In this document: one piece after another, positions 9,091-18,049 of the stretch
How positions within the stretch are numbered: the first letter of the stretch is position 1
Layout of the letters: each line of letters opens with the position of its first letter
The notes under the pieces: model-generated
What the model was told of the DNA's origin: nothing
Databases searched by the model: none
The model's input: the letters and a program-made list of their open reading frames with translations, nothing else
NCBI GenBank assembly: GCA_963610435.1
Contig: CAVDNW010000001.1
Span: 47,105 to 111,104, forward strand
Direction: 5' to 3'
Length of the DNA stretch: 64,000 nt
From: Oscillospiraceae bacterium
GTDB taxonomy: Bacteria > Bacteroidota > Bacteroidia > Bacteroidales > Bacteroidaceae
Position numbers and translations under genes: made by a program

Positions 9091-11856
9091 CTATTTCTTC
9101 ATCACCTTGCGTGTGTAGCCGTTCTCCCTGACGATGTAGATGCCCGAAGGAAGTTCGTCGAGGTTCTTTCCTGTCAGTATGCCGTTGATGGTGTAGACGG
9201 CCTTTGTGCCTGTAGCAGTCTTATGGTCGGTGATGCCCTTGATGGCCGTCACATGCGAGTAGTCCTCGCTGATGGTAATCCATCCCAGGCGCTCTTCCCA
9301 CGGATTGTTGCGCGAAGGTGCAGTTTCGGTGCTGGTGTCGTCTACCTGCAGGCGGATACGCGTGCCTGTGGAGTCGGTGGTCTGGTAGAGGCTGAGCGGC
9401 CGTGTGCGCAGCACGGCCAGTGCCGGGTTGTTGAGCGTCTGCATTTGGATGAGGAAGGCTGCGTCTTTCAGCTTTTCTCCAAATGCGATGTCTGTGCCGA
9501 GTGTGCTCTTCGATGTGAAGCTTACGGTGGTATCCTTCACGGTGATGAGCTTTCCAGTCTCGTCTTTCGTTTGTCCCTTCTCGAAGGCGACATACGAGAA
9601 CTTCACAGTGCGCTTGATGGCGTTGCTTTCGTTGAGCGCCTGCTGACGTTGCAGCACCACCTTGCAGCCGCTTGTCGTGACATCGAAGACACGTGGCAGA
9701 ACCGGGTAGCGCTCCGTAGTGGAGATGGCCATGATGGGAGAAGCGAGCACCACGGGTGCTTCTGCAAACTCTTGCGTGAAGGTCACGTCTACGGTGTCGT
9801 TGGCTGCGCAGTTGTCTGATACGCCTGCCTCATAGCTGAGGTTGCCGATTTTTCCGGTTCCGGCCTTGGCCACCAGGTAAGAGGTGTAGTCGGTGTAGTC
9901 GTTGTAGAAGTCGGTCTTGGTGCTTGAGCTCTTGACTTGGTTGAAGGGGTAGATGCTGTAGCGGAAATAGGAATACTTGCGTTCGCCCGAGTCGTCCTTC
10001 ACGGTGTAGATGTTGGAGACGCGCTCCAGCGGCATCATGCTGGCCGTGCGGTTGCTGAGGCTTCCGAAGACGATGGCCGGCTGTTCGGTGAATGAGTCGG
10101 CGAAATAGAGGAAGGCCTCGTTCGAGGAACCTGTCGTGACGGTGCCATACTGGAGCGAGCCGCGTTGCCCGTCCTTGCCCACTGAGGTCGTTCCGGCAAT
10201 GTTGTTGACCACCTCGTTGGTGTAGAGCAGCCGGTTGTTGAACGTGCGGATGGCCACCCGGTAAGTGTAGTAGCCCGAAGTGGCGATTGTGTCTTGGAAG
10301 GTGTAGCTGGCAGCGTCGTCTTTGAGGTCCACGCCCTTGTAGTATTCAAACACAGCGTTCTTGTCGGTTCCCACTCTGCGCTCAATCCACATCGAGTCGT
10401 TGAGCTCGCCGTTCTTGTCGCTCCAGATGAGCGTAGCGATGCTCTTGTCGGCTCTGAAGGAGAGTTCGAGGTTTGTGGGAGCATAGGTGCGTGGGTTGGA
10501 CGGCACGTATGTAGCCACGCTGCTGTTGTAGGCCAGTCCGGGCTGCATGGCTGCGTAGCGTTTTCCGGCCTCTGTCAGTGCGCCGTTTTTGTAGAGTCGC
10601 GACGGGTCGCGCTCGCTGTTCCAGTAGGCGTACCGCTCCACGTAGTTCCAATTGTTCATGAGGTTGCAGATATTCATCACGTTGTCAGCGTTCTGCTCTT
10701 CTGTGACTCCTGATGCGAAGGCTCCGTTCTTGTTCCAGCTGGCACCCCAGCACCATTCGGTGACCCAGATGGGCCTGCGTGCGTTGTTGTGCAGTCCTTG
10801 CAGGCTATAGAACGACCCAGTGGCCCAATAGGCGTGTATGTCGAGGATGTCGCATCGCCAGCCGCGTGCGTCGATGGAGTCGAGGAACTGCTGGTTGAAC
10901 GAGTAGCTGCCGTCCCACGATGACGGAGTGCAGAGGCGTTGTCCGGTGCGCATGAGCGACTCCCAGTTGTTGAGTATCTCGTCGAGTGTCTGCGGGTGGT
11001 CATCGGCCGTGTTGCGCGGTTCGTTGTTGGTTTTCATGTTGGGCGACGAGGTGGTGTAGTTCACGCTTCCGCAAGCCGCTGCGTTGGGCCAGTCCTCATA
11101 GATATGGTGCGGCACGCACTCGCGGTCGATGCCCGTGTTTTCGCCCAGTCCGAAGCTGTAGCACCATTGGGTGTTGAGCGCGTCGTTGGCTTCCAGTCCG
11201 GTGTTGTTTGCCAGTCCGGCCTTTGATACGTCGTTCCAGCGGAAGAGGCGGTAGGAAGAGATGCGGTGCTGCATGAGTGTGGGCAGGTTGACCTCGATGT
11301 CGGCTTTGTCGGCCACGAAGCATCGGCTGTATCCGCGTCCGCCGTCTTTGAGGGCGAAGGTCACCATGTATCCGCGCTTAAGGCGGAAGCTCATGATGCG
11401 GTTGTTGAGCTGTTCTGCGGTGAGTGTCTGCATGAAGCCTCCCGAACTGTTGGTGTTGAAGTCGTTGCAGCTCTCGCCTTTGAAGTCGGCTTCGGCATAG
11501 ACGGTAAGGGGCTTGAAGTTGGCGTCGTAGGGCATGATGATGGCTCCGCGGTTGTAGATCTTCACTTGGCAGTTTTTCCCGTCGACGGCCTGCTCTCCGT
11601 TAATGCTGATGAAGGCCAGCTGGTTGAGCGCAAGCGATGGCTTCAGGGCGTCGAAGATGATGACGGCATGGTCGGTGTTGGTGAGGTTGATGCTGCCCGT
11701 GCTGGTGAAGGGCGTGTCGGATGTGATATGGTAGTCCACATCCTTGTCGAGTGTCACGGCATCGGTCACTTGCGTCACCGTCTGTGTGGTGTTGTCGGCT
11801 AGCGAGGGCAGGCAGGCTGCCATCAGCGACAACGCTAATGTAGTAAGTCGTTTCAT
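9091..11856 (-). CDS. secreted multidomain glycoside hydrolase (Glyco_hydro_cc-like catalytic core) with T9SS C-terminal sorting domain
   Basis: Start set at ATG 11856 (MKRLTTLALSLMAACLPSLA signal); the track ORF starts at 11892. The catalytic-core pattern is NNEPRN...DILDIHAYW...PIWVTEWCW. An Fn3-like module and repeated lectin-like modules follow. The last ~70 aa (AVYTINGILTGKNLDELPSGIYIVRENGYTRKVMKK) resemble a Por/T9SS CTD. Confidence 0.75.
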   Translation of the reverse strand: MKRLTTLALSLMAACLPSLADNTTQTVTQVTDAVTLDKDVDYHITSDTPFTSTGSINLTNTDHAVIIFDALKPSLALNQLAFISINGEQAVDGKNCQVKIYNRGAIIMPYDANFKPLTVYAEADFKGESCNDFNTNSSGGFMQTLTAEQLNNRIMSFRLKRGYMVTFALKDGGRGYSRCFVADKADIEVNLPTLMQHRISSYRLFRWNDVSKAGLANNTGLEANDALNTQWCYSFGLGENTGIDRECVPHHIYEDWPNAAACGSVNYTTSSPNMKTNNEPRNTADDHPQTLDEILNNWESLMRTGQRLCTPSSWDGSYSFNQQFLDSIDARGWRCDILDIHAYWATGSFYSLQGLHNNARRPIWVTEWCWGASWNKNGAFASGVTEEQNADNVMNICNLMNNWNYVERYAYWNSERDPSRLYKNGALTEAGKRYAAMQPGLAYNSSVATYVPSNPRTYAPTNLELSFRADKSIATLIWSDKNGELNDSMWIERRVGTDKNAVFEYYKGVDLKDDAASYTFQDTIATSGYYTYRVAIRTFNNRLLYTNEVVNNIAGTTSVGKDGQRGSLQYGTVTTGSSNEAFLYFADSFTEQPAIVFGSLSNRTASMMPLERVSNIYTVKDDSGERKYSYFRYSIYPFNQVKSSSTKTDFYNDYTDYTSYLVAKAGTGKIGNLSYEAGVSDNCAANDTVDVTFTQEFAEAPVVLASPIMAISTTERYPVLPRVFDVTTSGCKVVLQRQQALNESNAIKRTVKFSYVAFEKGQTKDETGKLITVKDTTVSFTSKSTLGTDIAFGEKLKDAAFLIQMQTLNNPALAVLRTRPLSLYQTTDSTGTRIRLQVDDTSTETAPSRNNPWEERLGWITISEDYSHVTAIKGITDHKTATGTKAVYTINGILTGKNLDELPSGIYIVRENGYTRKVMKK

Positions 11857-12077
11857 ATGCAATGTTTGGTTATTAGCAATTTCTGTCTGCAAAGATAGCG
11901 ATTTCCCATTATATTCTAAAAGAAAATATAGTTAAATCCCACTCTCTAGGGGGTAAAATTATCCGTTACCTAAATTATAAGTAGTATTAGTCGGTTTCAA
12001 ATCGCTATAAAAACAATTATTTAGCTATCATTTTGCAATTTTTGCACACGAAAGCTTGTCAATTAGCTATAATTCTG

Positions 12078-12085
12078 TATCTTTG
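12078..12085 (+). promoter_or_regulatory. -7 promoter box TATCTTTG (asnA)
   Basis: TAnnTTTG match 57 nt upstream of ATG 12142. Confidence 0.5.
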
Positions 12086-12141
12086 CAAATGGCTTTTCAA
12101 GCTGTGTACCCCACGGAACAAACAAAAACAACATAAAGACA

Positions 12142-13179
12142 ATGAGCAAACTAATAAAGCCCCAGGGCTACCAAGCCCTTTTGGACATGTGCCAGACTGA
12201 GCTGGGCATCAAGCAGATCAAGGAGTTTTTCCAGCAGAACCTTTCCACCGAGTTGCGTCTCCGTCGCGTGACCGCACCCCTCTTCGTGTTGCAGGGTCTG
12301 GGCATCAACGACGACCTCAACGGCGTGGAACGCCCCGTGACGTTTCCTATCAAGGATATGGGTGAGGCCAAGGCCGAGGTGGTGCACTCGCTGGCCAAGT
12401 GGAAGCGTCTGACGCTGGCCGAGTATAAGGTGAAACCAGGCTACGGCATCTACACCGACATGAACGCCATCCGTGCCGATGAGGAGCTCGACAATCTCCA
12501 CTCGCTCTATGTTGACCAGTGGGACTGGGAGGCCGTCATCACAGAGGACGACCACACGCTGGCCTTCCTGGAGAATGTGGTGCGCCGCATTTACGCCGCC
12601 ATCCTGCGCACGGAGTATCTGACGTGTGAGACCTTCCCGCAGATCAAGCCTTTCCTTCCGCGCGACATCCATTTCGTTCATAGCCAGGATTTGCTTGACA
12701 TGTATCCCGATCTGACCCCGAAGGAGCGCGAGGACGCCATCTGCAAGAAGTATGGTGCCGTGTTTGTGGAGGGCATAGGCGGTCGCCTGAGCGATGGCAA
12801 GAAGCACGACGGACGCGCCCCTGACTACGACGACTGGTCGACGGTTGCCGAGAATGGCCGGGCGGGTCTCAATGGTGATATCCTCATCTGGTATCCCGTC
12901 TTGGGGCGTTCGTTTGAGTTGAGCTCCATGGGCATCCGTGTGGACAAGGCCGCCCTGTTGCGCCAGCTCAAGACCGAGGGCGAGGAAGGGCGCGAGAAGC
13001 TCTACTTCCACCAGCAGCTGTTGAACGGCAAACTGCCTCTCAGCATCGGTGGCGGCATCGGCCAGAGCCGCCTCTGCATGGTGATGCTTCACAAGGCCCA
13101 CATCGGTGAGATACAGGCGAGCATCTGGCCCGAGGATATGCGCCGTGAGAGTGCGGCCATGGGCATGCAGCTTATTTGA
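12142..13179 (+). CDS. asnA: aspartate--ammonia ligase (asparagine synthetase A)
   Basis: 345 aa. The AsnA pattern runs the full length (TELGIKQIKEFF...RVTAPLFV...LHSLYVDQWDWE...GGGIGQSRLCM). Confidence 0.95.
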   Translation: MSKLIKPQGYQALLDMCQTELGIKQIKEFFQQNLSTELRLRRVTAPLFVLQGLGINDDLNGVERPVTFPIKDMGEAKAEVVHSLAKWKRLTLAEYKVKPGYGIYTDMNAIRADEELDNLHSLYVDQWDWEAVITEDDHTLAFLENVVRRIYAAILRTEYLTCETFPQIKPFLPRDIHFVHSQDLLDMYPDLTPKEREDAICKKYGAVFVEGIGGRLSDGKKHDGRAPDYDDWSTVAENGRAGLNGDILIWYPVLGRSFELSSMGIRVDKAALLRQLKTEGEEGREKLYFHQQLLNGKLPLSIGGGIGQSRLCMVMLHKAHIGEIQASIWPEDMRRESAAMGMQLI

Positions 13180-13224
13180 GCCACTAACCAGTTGTGGCAG
13201 ACGCCATTAGCCACTTTTTAGGGG

Positions 13225-13277
13225 AATCGGTTATTTGCGGGCAACGAGCAGGTTGGTCGCGAATAACCGATTTTTTG
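13225..13277 (+). terminator. rho-independent terminator of asnA
   Basis: aatcggttatttgcg (13225-13239) pairs with cgcgaataaccgatt (13258-13272) with one mismatch, then TTTTTT. Confidence 0.7.
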
Positions 13278-13847
13278 GGTTGGTTCTTGCTTGTTATATT
13301 GTACTAAAAAATAAGGACAAAAAGTCTTTGGAGAATTGCTTGAAATCAATCACGGCTACTTTTTGTCGCAAATACGCGATTTCTGACGGTTTTACGCAAA
13401 TGGTTGACAATTAGGGTGATAAGTCAAAACGGGTTTCTGGAAAGCGTTTTGAACGCCTAAAGCTTTGGAAGAACGTGTCGTATCGTGCCTCAATAGGTAT
13501 CGAATCGTCTCCCGATTCAATATGAGTCGTCCTTTGATTAGGCCTCAATCGTGTCACGATCAGACACCTTCTTTCAAATCATAACGGGCAAATTGACCTT
13601 CATCCAGACTTTTGGTGTAATTTAATCGGACAAAACCTGTTTTCCCTTCTGTAGAATGTCTGCCCCAAAAGTGCTGGATTCTTCAGAAAATACAAGACAA
13701 AACCATGTGGTGCCATTGCTGAAAAGGAGTCAAGAAGCAGAAAATGGATTCTTACACCCTTGACTTCCTGTCGTATACATTTGCAAGTGAAAAATAAATA
13801 GTGATAAAAAAGTGGTCGGAAAATTTGCAGGTTGGCAAGTTTTTGTA

Positions 13848-13855
13848 TAAGTTTG
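13848..13855 (+). promoter_or_regulatory. orphan -7 promoter box TAAGTTTG inside the AT-rich island
   Basis: TAnnTTTG match 290 nt upstream of the RHS-remnant ATG. No convincing ORF lies in between. Confidence 0.35.
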
Positions 13856-14144
13856 CAGCGCATCATTACTAATGCGCGCTATTAATCAGAAAACCTTTAC
13901 ATTAGCAGCCTATGAAACGAAGAGAAACCAAATGGTTCGCCATGCCACATCGCATCTCAAGATGCGCTTATTGCTTGTGGCATTGCTTGGTTCAAGTGAT
14001 GACTATTTAGTGGTAATGAATTACCAAGCGATAATCGCAATCCGGATAGGATGAACGAGCTGTCTAGTTATTTTGAAAGAAATCTGATATTATTTATGGA
14101 TAAATTTAGTGACCGTTAAAAAATAACTTAGTACGATTTCTAAA

Positions 14145-14627
14145 ATGAAACAAGCAGTAATCCCTGTCGTTATTCTGTTTGGTGCCTCGCCTGTTGTCTT
14201 GGCCCAGAGCGTCTCGCAAAACTATGTGCAGACGCAGACGATGCTGAATGCCCGTGGCGAGTATATGGTGACAGAGGTGCAGTATCACGATGGTCTTGGC
14301 CGTCCTGAGATTCAAGTGACGACAGGCTTGGGGACATCTGGAAACTCCACGAAATATGTCTATGATGCCGACGGCACGAAGTTGAAAGTGACTTGGAAGA
14401 CAAAGGCGACGAATGCACTCTACAGCATGGCCGCAGCGGAAGAAACAGGTGCTGAAGCTGAGGCCGATGACAGGCTTCTGTCTGCCCAATCTGGTGAATC
14501 ATCCGTATGGGTGGAGAATAGCCGTGAGTATGCGGGGCCGTTCGTCTTTACTGATGGAAAATTGGACAGGGCACGAAGGCATATGAAGACCGAGTTTGAT
14601 CATGCAATGGATGACATTGGCAACTAG
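14145..14627 (+). pseudogene. collapsed remnant of an RHS/YD-repeat protein (N-terminal DUF6443-like start fused to late YD repeats)
   Basis: 160 aa. Signal peptide, then SQNYVQTQTML...VQYHDGLGRPEIQV, the usual opening of Bacteroidota RHS proteins. It then passes directly to YVYDADGTKLKV and REYAGPFVFTDGKLDR YD-like repeats and stops. Intact family members are more than 1000 aa. Confidence 0.5.
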
Positions 14628-14662
14628 GGTGTAAAGTTTTCGGTACATCAAACTTTACACCC
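14627..14662 (+). terminator. hairpin after the RHS remnant
   Basis: gggtgtaaagttt (14627-14639) pairs with aaactttacaccc (14650-14662); T-rich sequence follows. Confidence 0.6.
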
Positions 14663-14756
14663 TATTTGGCTTTTCGTAGTAACTGTCTGACAAAATATCG
14701 GAGAGAATGAAACAACAAATGCCACAATCAGAAAGGCCCAGGTTTGAGATTTTTTC

Positions 14757-14764
14757 TATCTTTG
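14757..14764 (+). promoter_or_regulatory. -7 promoter box TATCTTTG (GH127)
   Basis: TAnnTTTG match 46 nt upstream of ATG 14810. Confidence 0.5.
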
Positions 14765-14809
14765 CAACCGAGAAAACCTATACACAACAATATTCATCAT
14801 TTACATACC

Positions 14810-17800
14810 ATGAACCCACGACACCTGTTGCTCTCCGGCCTGTCCGCCCTCTGCGTAGTGACGGCCGCCCCTGCCCAAAGCAGTCTCTATCCCCACCATT
14901 TCGACCTCTCGGAAGTGACGCTCCTCGACAGTCCCTTCAAGACCGCTATGGACCTCAATATCAAGAACCTTCTGGACTATGATGCCGACCGCCTGCTGAC
15001 ACCGTTTGTCCGCCAGGCTGGTCTTGTCACAGGCCAATATGCCGGCTGGACCACCCTTCATCCCATTTTCACCAACTGGGGCGATGCCTCATTTGACCTT
15101 TCAGGCCATGTCGGCGGACACTACCTCTCCGCTCTCGCCTTGGCCTATGCGGCCTGTCATGACAGTGCCACGAAGGCACAGGTCAAGACTCGCCTCGACC
15201 ACATGCTCGCCGTGCTCGCCGATTGTCAGAAGGCCTTCGACGACGACAAGACGGGTCTCTACGGATATATTGGCGGACAACCTCTCAATGAGGACTGGCA
15301 GAAAATGTTCGCAGGCGATATCTCCGCCTTCCGCAACCATCGCGGATGGGTGCCGTTCTACTGTGAGCACAAGGTGCTTGCCGGACTGCGCGATGCCTAC
15401 CTCTATGCCGGGAGCGAGGAAGCGCGCACGATGTTCCGCAAGCTCTGCGACTGGGGTGTCAATTTGGTCGCCAAGCTATCCGATGCCACCATGCAGACGG
15501 TGCTCGACACCGAGCATGGAGGCATGAACGAGGTTTTGGCCGATGCCTATGCGCTCTTCGGTGACACCAAATATCTGGAGGCCGCCCGAAAATACAGCCA
15601 CAAGACCATGGTCGACGGTATGCAGACGGTTAGCAAGACCTTTCTTGACGGCAAGCACGCCAACACGCAGGTGCCGAAGTATATCGGCTTTGAGCGTATC
15701 TACGACACCGATGCCACACAGGCTGCCTATGCCAAGGCTGCTGAGAATTTCTGGGCTGATGTGGCGAACAACAGGACCGTGTGCATCGGAGGCAACAGCG
15801 TGAACGAGCATTTCCTGGCTGCAGCCAACAGCAACCGCTATATCGATGAGCCCGACGGACCGGAGAGCTGCAACTCCAATAATATGCTCAAACTCTCGGA
15901 GTTGCTGGCCGACCGCACCCACGACGCGCGCTATGCAGACTTCTACGAGTATACCATGCTCAATCATATCCTTTCCACGCAGGATCCTGCAACTGGTGGA
16001 TATGTCTATTTCACGACGCTCCGGCCCCAAGGCTACCGCATATACTCGCAGGTCAACAAAGGCATGTGGTGCTGTGTGGGTACAGGCATGGAGAACCATA
16101 GCAAGTACGGCCACTTCTGCTATACGCACGACGCCGACTCCGTGCTCTATGTCAACCTCTTCACGGCCAGTAGGCTTGCCAATGCTACCTTCGCCGTGAC
16201 CCAGCGCACTCAATATCCTTATGCCCAGACCTCGCAAATTACCATTGACAAAGGAGGGCGCTTCACCATTGCCGTGCGCCATCCGGCATGGACGGCCGAC
16301 GGCTATGCCATCGCTGTCAATGGAGAGCCGCAGGCCGTCTCCGTGACTGCGGGCACCGCTTCTTATGCCCGAATCACGCGTCAGTGGAAAGCGGGTGACA
16401 TCATCACCGTCACCCTGCCCATGGCTCTGCGCTATGAGGCTTGTCCCAACTACGACGATTACATAGCCTTTGAGTACGGACCGTTGCTTCTGGCTGCACA
16501 GACCACAGCCTGTAATCAGGCCGAAGCCGACACCACACATCTCAAGGCTGAGACCCTGCAGAACGAGTATGGCGGCGAGGGCCGCATGGATCATGCACCC
16601 GGTAGCAGGGCGCTTGCCAGGAGTCTCGTCGATGCTCCGATGCTCATCGGCAACCGTTCCGATGTGCTCTCGCGAGTGTCAGTCAAGGATTCCGCAAAGC
16701 TTGAGTTCTTCATCGATGCCTCGCGGCGGGATGTGGCGGGCTATACTTGGTCGCAGCTGACGTTGAAGCCTTTCTACGCAATTCACCATGCGCGTTACAT
16801 GTGTTACTGGTATCAGCAGACGGCAGACAATTACGCCCACAGCGACATGGCCGCCACGGAGCAGGCGCGGCAGGCCCTCGAGTCGCGCACCATCGATTTC
16901 GTGGCTACGGGCGAGCAGCAGAGCGAGGCCGGTCACGAGTACAGCTACAGCGATGACTCGTCGACGGGTATGTACAACGGCGAGAATTACCGCGATGCCC
17001 GCGCCGGAGGCTACGTACAGTTCTCACTCTCCAACACTGCCGGTAAGACCGACAGCCTCTCGGTCTTGTGCCGCTTTACCACTGCCGACCACGGGCGCAA
17101 GGCTTCCCTGCTGGTCGATGGGGAGAAAATAGCCGACATCACCATCCCGACAACCTACAAAGACGCTGTCAATGGGTTCTTCAACGTGGAGTTCCCCATT
17201 CCCGTCTCGTTGATGACAGACGCCGCTGGCAAGGCCAAGCCGAAGTTTACTGTGCGTCTCTCCGCTTCCGAAGGTACGTTGTTGCCTGGCCTCTACTATC
17301 TCAGGCTCATGAGCGGCTACGCAGGGGTGGACAACCCCTACCATTTCGTGGCGTCGGAGTGGACAACGGGTGATGCAGGTCGCCTGCAAGTCTCCGGCAT
17401 CACCTACGATACCTCTGAAAATACCATCCATGTGGCCAGCAGGGGCAACAACAACGTGTGCCTCATGCTGGATTACAACCATACCGACTATGCCATCACG
17501 CCGCATCAGAAATATCTCGTTGTCGTGGGACAGAACTTGAGCCTTGCCGACGGAGCATCGTACCTCTGGTGGCTCAACGGTTGCAACCGGGGCTCGCAGG
17601 TGAATCCCGACGTGGCGCGTGAGGTGGCGGTGGATGGCGTCCGCTGTCAGGTAATCGCCTGGGATATGACACAGAGCGGCATTGCCGACAACCTCTCCGC
17701 CATGGGCACCACAGATATCACCCGTGGACAGACCATCTTCGGTCTGACGTCGACCACAGGGCAGTCGGTCATCCGCAACATCACGTTCGCTGAGAATGTC

Positions 17801-17941
17801 GACTATGTACTTGCGGCGATTGATGCGGTGAGGATCAGTGGAGATCGGGACGGTGCCATTTGCATGGTGGACGGGAAAAAAGTGTCCCACTCAGTCCGCG
17901 GAATCAACATCGTGCACGGCAGGAAGTTTCTGGAGAACTGA
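14810..17941 (+). CDS. glycoside hydrolase family 127 (beta-L-arabinofuranosidase-like) with long C-terminal extension
   Basis: Start set at ATG 14810 (MNPRHLLLSGLSALCVVTAAPAQS signal); track ORF is 14744-17941. GH127/DUF1680 motifs are HVGGHYLSALALAY, EHGGMNEVLADAY, ESCNSNNMLKL and GMWCCVGTGMENHSKYG. About 400 extra C-terminal residues. Confidence 0.85.
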   Translation: MNPRHLLLSGLSALCVVTAAPAQSSLYPHHFDLSEVTLLDSPFKTAMDLNIKNLLDYDADRLLTPFVRQAGLVTGQYAGWTTLHPIFTNWGDASFDLSGHVGGHYLSALALAYAACHDSATKAQVKTRLDHMLAVLADCQKAFDDDKTGLYGYIGGQPLNEDWQKMFAGDISAFRNHRGWVPFYCEHKVLAGLRDAYLYAGSEEARTMFRKLCDWGVNLVAKLSDATMQTVLDTEHGGMNEVLADAYALFGDTKYLEAARKYSHKTMVDGMQTVSKTFLDGKHANTQVPKYIGFERIYDTDATQAAYAKAAENFWADVANNRTVCIGGNSVNEHFLAAANSNRYIDEPDGPESCNSNNMLKLSELLADRTHDARYADFYEYTMLNHILSTQDPATGGYVYFTTLRPQGYRIYSQVNKGMWCCVGTGMENHSKYGHFCYTHDADSVLYVNLFTASRLANATFAVTQRTQYPYAQTSQITIDKGGRFTIAVRHPAWTADGYAIAVNGEPQAVSVTAGTASYARITRQWKAGDIITVTLPMALRYEACPNYDDYIAFEYGPLLLAAQTTACNQAEADTTHLKAETLQNEYGGEGRMDHAPGSRALARSLVDAPMLIGNRSDVLSRVSVKDSAKLEFFIDASRRDVAGYTWSQLTLKPFYAIHHARYMCYWYQQTADNYAHSDMAATEQARQALESRTIDFVATGEQQSEAGHEYSYSDDSSTGMYNGENYRDARAGGYVQFSLSNTAGKTDSLSVLCRFTTADHGRKASLLVDGEKIADITIPTTYKDAVNGFFNVEFPIPVSLMTDAAGKAKPKFTVRLSASEGTLLPGLYYLRLMSGYAGVDNPYHFVASEWTTGDAGRLQVSGITYDTSENTIHVASRGNNNVCLMLDYNHTDYAITPHQKYLVVVGQNLSLADGASYLWWLNGCNRGSQVNPDVAREVAVDGVRCQVIAWDMTQSGIADNLSAMGTTDITRGQTIFGLTSTTGQSVIRNITFAENVDYVLAAIDAVRISGDRDGAICMVDGKKVSHSVRGINIVHGRKFLEN

Positions 17942-17957
17942 CATGCCGCTTGAAGCC

Positions 17958-18002
17958 ATCGCCCCCGTGACCTTCCATGATGCGGAAAGTCACGGGGGCG
18001 AT
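17958..18002. terminator. 14-bp hairpin between convergent GH127 and dnaX
   Basis: atcgcccccgtgac (17958-17971) pairs perfectly with gtcacgggggcgat (17989-18002). Confidence 0.7.
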
Positions 18003-18049
18003 GATGTCAGGTCCGAAGAAGACGGGAGGGAAGGGGATATGCTGCCGGC

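Noticed and set aside
13600-14054. Small ORFs 13600-13866 (minus) and 13872-14054 (plus) in the AT-rich island.
   Set aside because: Their composition is typical of random AT-rich sequence (Phe/Leu/Lys/Ile-rich). They have no signal peptide or motif and no start context. I treat the region as non-coding or remnant.
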